Assembly (NCBI GenBank): GCA_002633005.1
Contig: NMRA01000110.1
Location: forward strand, 62,001 to 126,000
DNA: 64,000 nucleotides
Source: Phoronis australis
Taxonomy: Eukaryota; Animalia; Phoronida
Direction: 5' to 3'
Below are positions 60,967 through 64,000 of this stretch, in pieces. The notes below the pieces were generated by a model. That model was not told where the DNA came from, did no database searches, and was given only the letters and a program-made list of their open reading frames with translations. Numbering within the stretch: position 1 is the stretch's first letter; every line of letters begins with the position of its first letter. The translations under genes and the position numbers were made by a program.

Positions 60967-63538
60967 GTTATGTTATGGATGGTTATAGTAGACACTAGCT
61001 CAACACAATATGACTATATGAGCAGAATACATGTGGTTTATTCCAATATGGCTCAGACTGGAAGAAGTGGGAGGAAGCTTTCTAGTACAGGAAACATTGT
61101 TTAAAGCATATAATATAACATGATAGTCCATAACTACTTGTAGGGGAGTCCACAGAGGATAGTGCAATACTATAACAATATCCACCCACTGACAGTCCGT
61201 GAAAAAATTCCTCGTGACTACTGCTATGACATTAGTGGCACAGCACTGAAAAAAGTGTCCAGCCCCCCTGCGGTGATCCGCCCACAAACAATATCTCCGT
61301 CACTCACGCTGCTACGGTTATTGTGATATGGGTTGTCGACTAGAAGTTGTAATTCCTTGAAAAATATGTCTTACATAACCAACGAACCTTATTTTTTAAC
61401 AAAAATGACATGAAAAAAGTTGCCTTTGCCTTTAAGTCTACTGTGGCAGCAGCTTTGGACAACGCTTACTTCTTATGGGCAATAGATGACTTTCCTCACA
61501 CATTCTTATTTGTACTCAATTAAAGCTTTGAAATTTCAAAAAATACAAATAGGAATAAGATAGTATAGTATGTATTTAATAGCTGTAATGTTTTTTTCTG
61601 CATTTTCTTTTAGTATTGGGCCATTAAGCCAGGCAGGTGTTTGATACCGCGATGCACTTTTGAGACTGCCACCAAATACTGGTAAGTATAGATTTGAGAA
61701 TCCAATCATTTTAAGCTTCAATTTTGTGGAGGTTATATTTCGAGTTGTAACTCAATCAAAAATTTGAAAAAATAACTCAGAAGTTATCTCTTTCTTTTGT
61801 TTGTGATAATTCTCATGTTGCCTTGTGTTGTTGATCGATGTACTGTCGGATTTAGGGAAGGTGGACTGTAGTACATGGACCGTCAACTCTGTATATTTTC
61901 AATGGACGAAATGTGTGATGTCACGCATACGCTGTGACGTCAATTATTCACTAGCGACATCTGGCAGACATAGCTTGCTTTACTTCCCGCAAGTACGTCG
62001 TCTGCTAATCATGGTCATTGTGACGGGATTGGGATCGGCGATTTTACTCAACTCACATCCGAGATTAAATCTAATGAATTGAACGCTCGTAAAACGTAAA
62101 CTTCTTAAGGGAAGTTCATATTAATACTTCAGAAATAACCTCCATTCCTACTCAAAAGCCAACCTCCCACTTCAACAGCGGTGTACATCAGACGTTTCAG
62201 TCCCTGAGGATCAAAACCATGTCTTGTCTTCGTTTTCCGCGACATCTTTCAACGTACAATGTGTCGACTAAATGTTACGGCGACCCCGTCAGTAGAAGGA
62301 CTGTGGATTGTGACTTCACACGAAACTGCTCATGCCAGGCAGTAGATTCGATATGAGTGACAAGCTCTGAAATCTTTGAACTTGAATCAATTGTAAGCAA
62401 ATTCCCAGGCGGTTGAAGTGGTCTTGGGAAATCGTTTTCATTCTCTACCATAAGCAAGCAAGTTGTCGAGCTTAAAGTTACATGAAAGTAGAAATGAAGA
62501 TAAAAAATTATCCACACAGGTACTTCATATTGCAAAAAAATAAAGTACGGTCCTACATATACTTAATGCAACGTTGGTGATGAAGCTCGCCAACGACAGC
62601 ACGTGTGTTTGTTCACTCTAACTTACTAAAATTATAAGTCTTCATACACGCAGTACTGGTCACATCACGTGACCTATAGTTAAATCTGAAAAGATCTATT
62701 TCCGGACCGGGTGCAGATGCTCTAAACCACTGACTTATCGGAACAACAGGTCGATCACAGATATCCAAACAGACTGAATAGAACGTATATTAGCCAAACC
62801 TGGGAGAGCATATGCCTACATGTATACATGAATATACAATGTCATTGAGTTGTTATCAATCAGCAACACAGTTATATACAATCATATTAATTCGCACGTC
62901 ATTGATCTGAGCTACAGTGTAGTAGTAAATGCGCAGCACTTACGCACACCCTTTCCTGCGCATTGTGCCTTTGTCTTCAATGCATGTTCACGTATAAAGC
63001 TTAAATGATACTTAAGGAGTTAAGAAGCGATTAGATTTCGAGTAATTATACATAATAATAATAAAATACAAACCCTGTTAAATATGTTCTTTCCATTCTT
63101 TTAAAACTGTGAAAGTAAACAAAGCAAGCTGAGCCGAGTTCAATAAGCTCTTGGCCAGAAAAATCTAGCTAAAGTTACACGTACATGTACATGTACCTGT
63201 AATATATACCTGGAATATACCCAATGATATCTTGAAATATCTCTTGCATTTTTAGCGCAACGTCAGCGTTACTGAACTCGTTCCAGGCTATAGTCATTTC
63301 AAAAACTTTCCAAATGAGGAAGTCGATAATCAGAAACTTGACTATATATCAGTGTACCCAAAGACGACTGCATGGGTGCCTAGTAAAGGAAGCCACATAA
63401 TTCACTTGTAATTCATGATATCTCGCGAAGTCCTGTGCGATGCTTTCGCGTCTACGGAACGTACGCCGGGCTAAGTACTAGTCACTACGAAGTCGGCTGC
63501 GTGCCTAGCTACCAGAACACGGCTAAATTACCCCGCGA

Positions 63539-63755
63539 TTATGAACTAATCCTCTCAACAACTCGGACCTTGAATTGTTCCGGGCATATAACCAGACCAA
63601 CTTTGTATTTTCTGGGATCTGGAGACGGAACGTCGGTGGAGCTCTCGGGAATCACGTCGAATTTCTGTAGGAGCCCCGACAGAAGAAGAAAGAGACGTGC
63701 CTTGGCAAAGTTTTCCCCGATGCATACACGTCGACCAGCGCCGAACGCCATTAAA
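63539..63755 (-). CDS. Cytochrome P450, last exon (clan 2-like)
   Basis: Heme motif FGAGRRVCIG, then AKARLFLLLSGLLQKF; cttttccag acceptor at 63756; TAA stop. The rest of the gene lies beyond the window. Confidence 0.93.
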
Positions 63756-64000
63756 CTGGAAAAGGAATTATCCAGCTCTCAATACAACACAGTTTTAACA
63801 TTGGCCGGGAGTAGCGTACATGATGAAAGGCACTTTGAAACGTACAGAAACGCATTTTTTAATTAAAAGAAAATCAACTCAAACTGTCACGAGGTAGTTA
63901 AATGTAAATTCGTCAATTTTCGTTTGTTGACGTATTAACTACTCTTACACTCAGACTAAGGGAGACCACAGCGACTTTCCCTCAAAGGCGGCTTCAACCA

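Noticed and set aside
62180-62260. Hammerhead ribozyme (GAAACGTC on the minus strand)
   Set aside because: No upstream CUGANGA core or supporting stems.

Overview
AT-rich, intron-containing animal genomic DNA, probably from a marine invertebrate such as a mollusc (inferred from the transposon families). The window is mostly nested transposons with a few host exons. Host genes: (i) the last three exons of a minus-strand single-pass membrane protein with two thrombospondin-1 repeats and a ~650-aa cytoplasmic tail (2106-6089); (ii) an isolated plus-strand first coding exon (29756-29875); (iii) the last exon of a cytochrome P450 (63539-63755). Main mobile elements: a full-length decayed L1/Tx1 LINE (47043-57245, 14-bp TSD) with a near-intact Ty3/Gypsy element inserted between its ORFs (48280-53138; 145-bp LTRs, 5-bp TSD, tRNA-Leu PBS); two related ISL2EU-like DNA transposons (36105-46764 and 19907-23271; convergent spliced THAP/HTH and SAP/SWIM genes); two Helentron-associated (HINE/DINE-1-like) families; several MITEs with readable TSDs; and mariner, hAT, L1 and SINE remnants. 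The most unusual signals, none of which appears as a recognisable protein in the ORF track, are HDX-like divergent homeobox exons inside the ISL2EU-like element, a HINE carrying a phased array of CTCF-like motifs, a HINE carrying an NRF1/CCAAT/YY1/ETS motif cluster just upstream of a host exon, and a decayed P2X7-ballast-like gene. All calls come from reading the sequence by eye; no database searches were run. Seven single-N positions suggest assembly joins.
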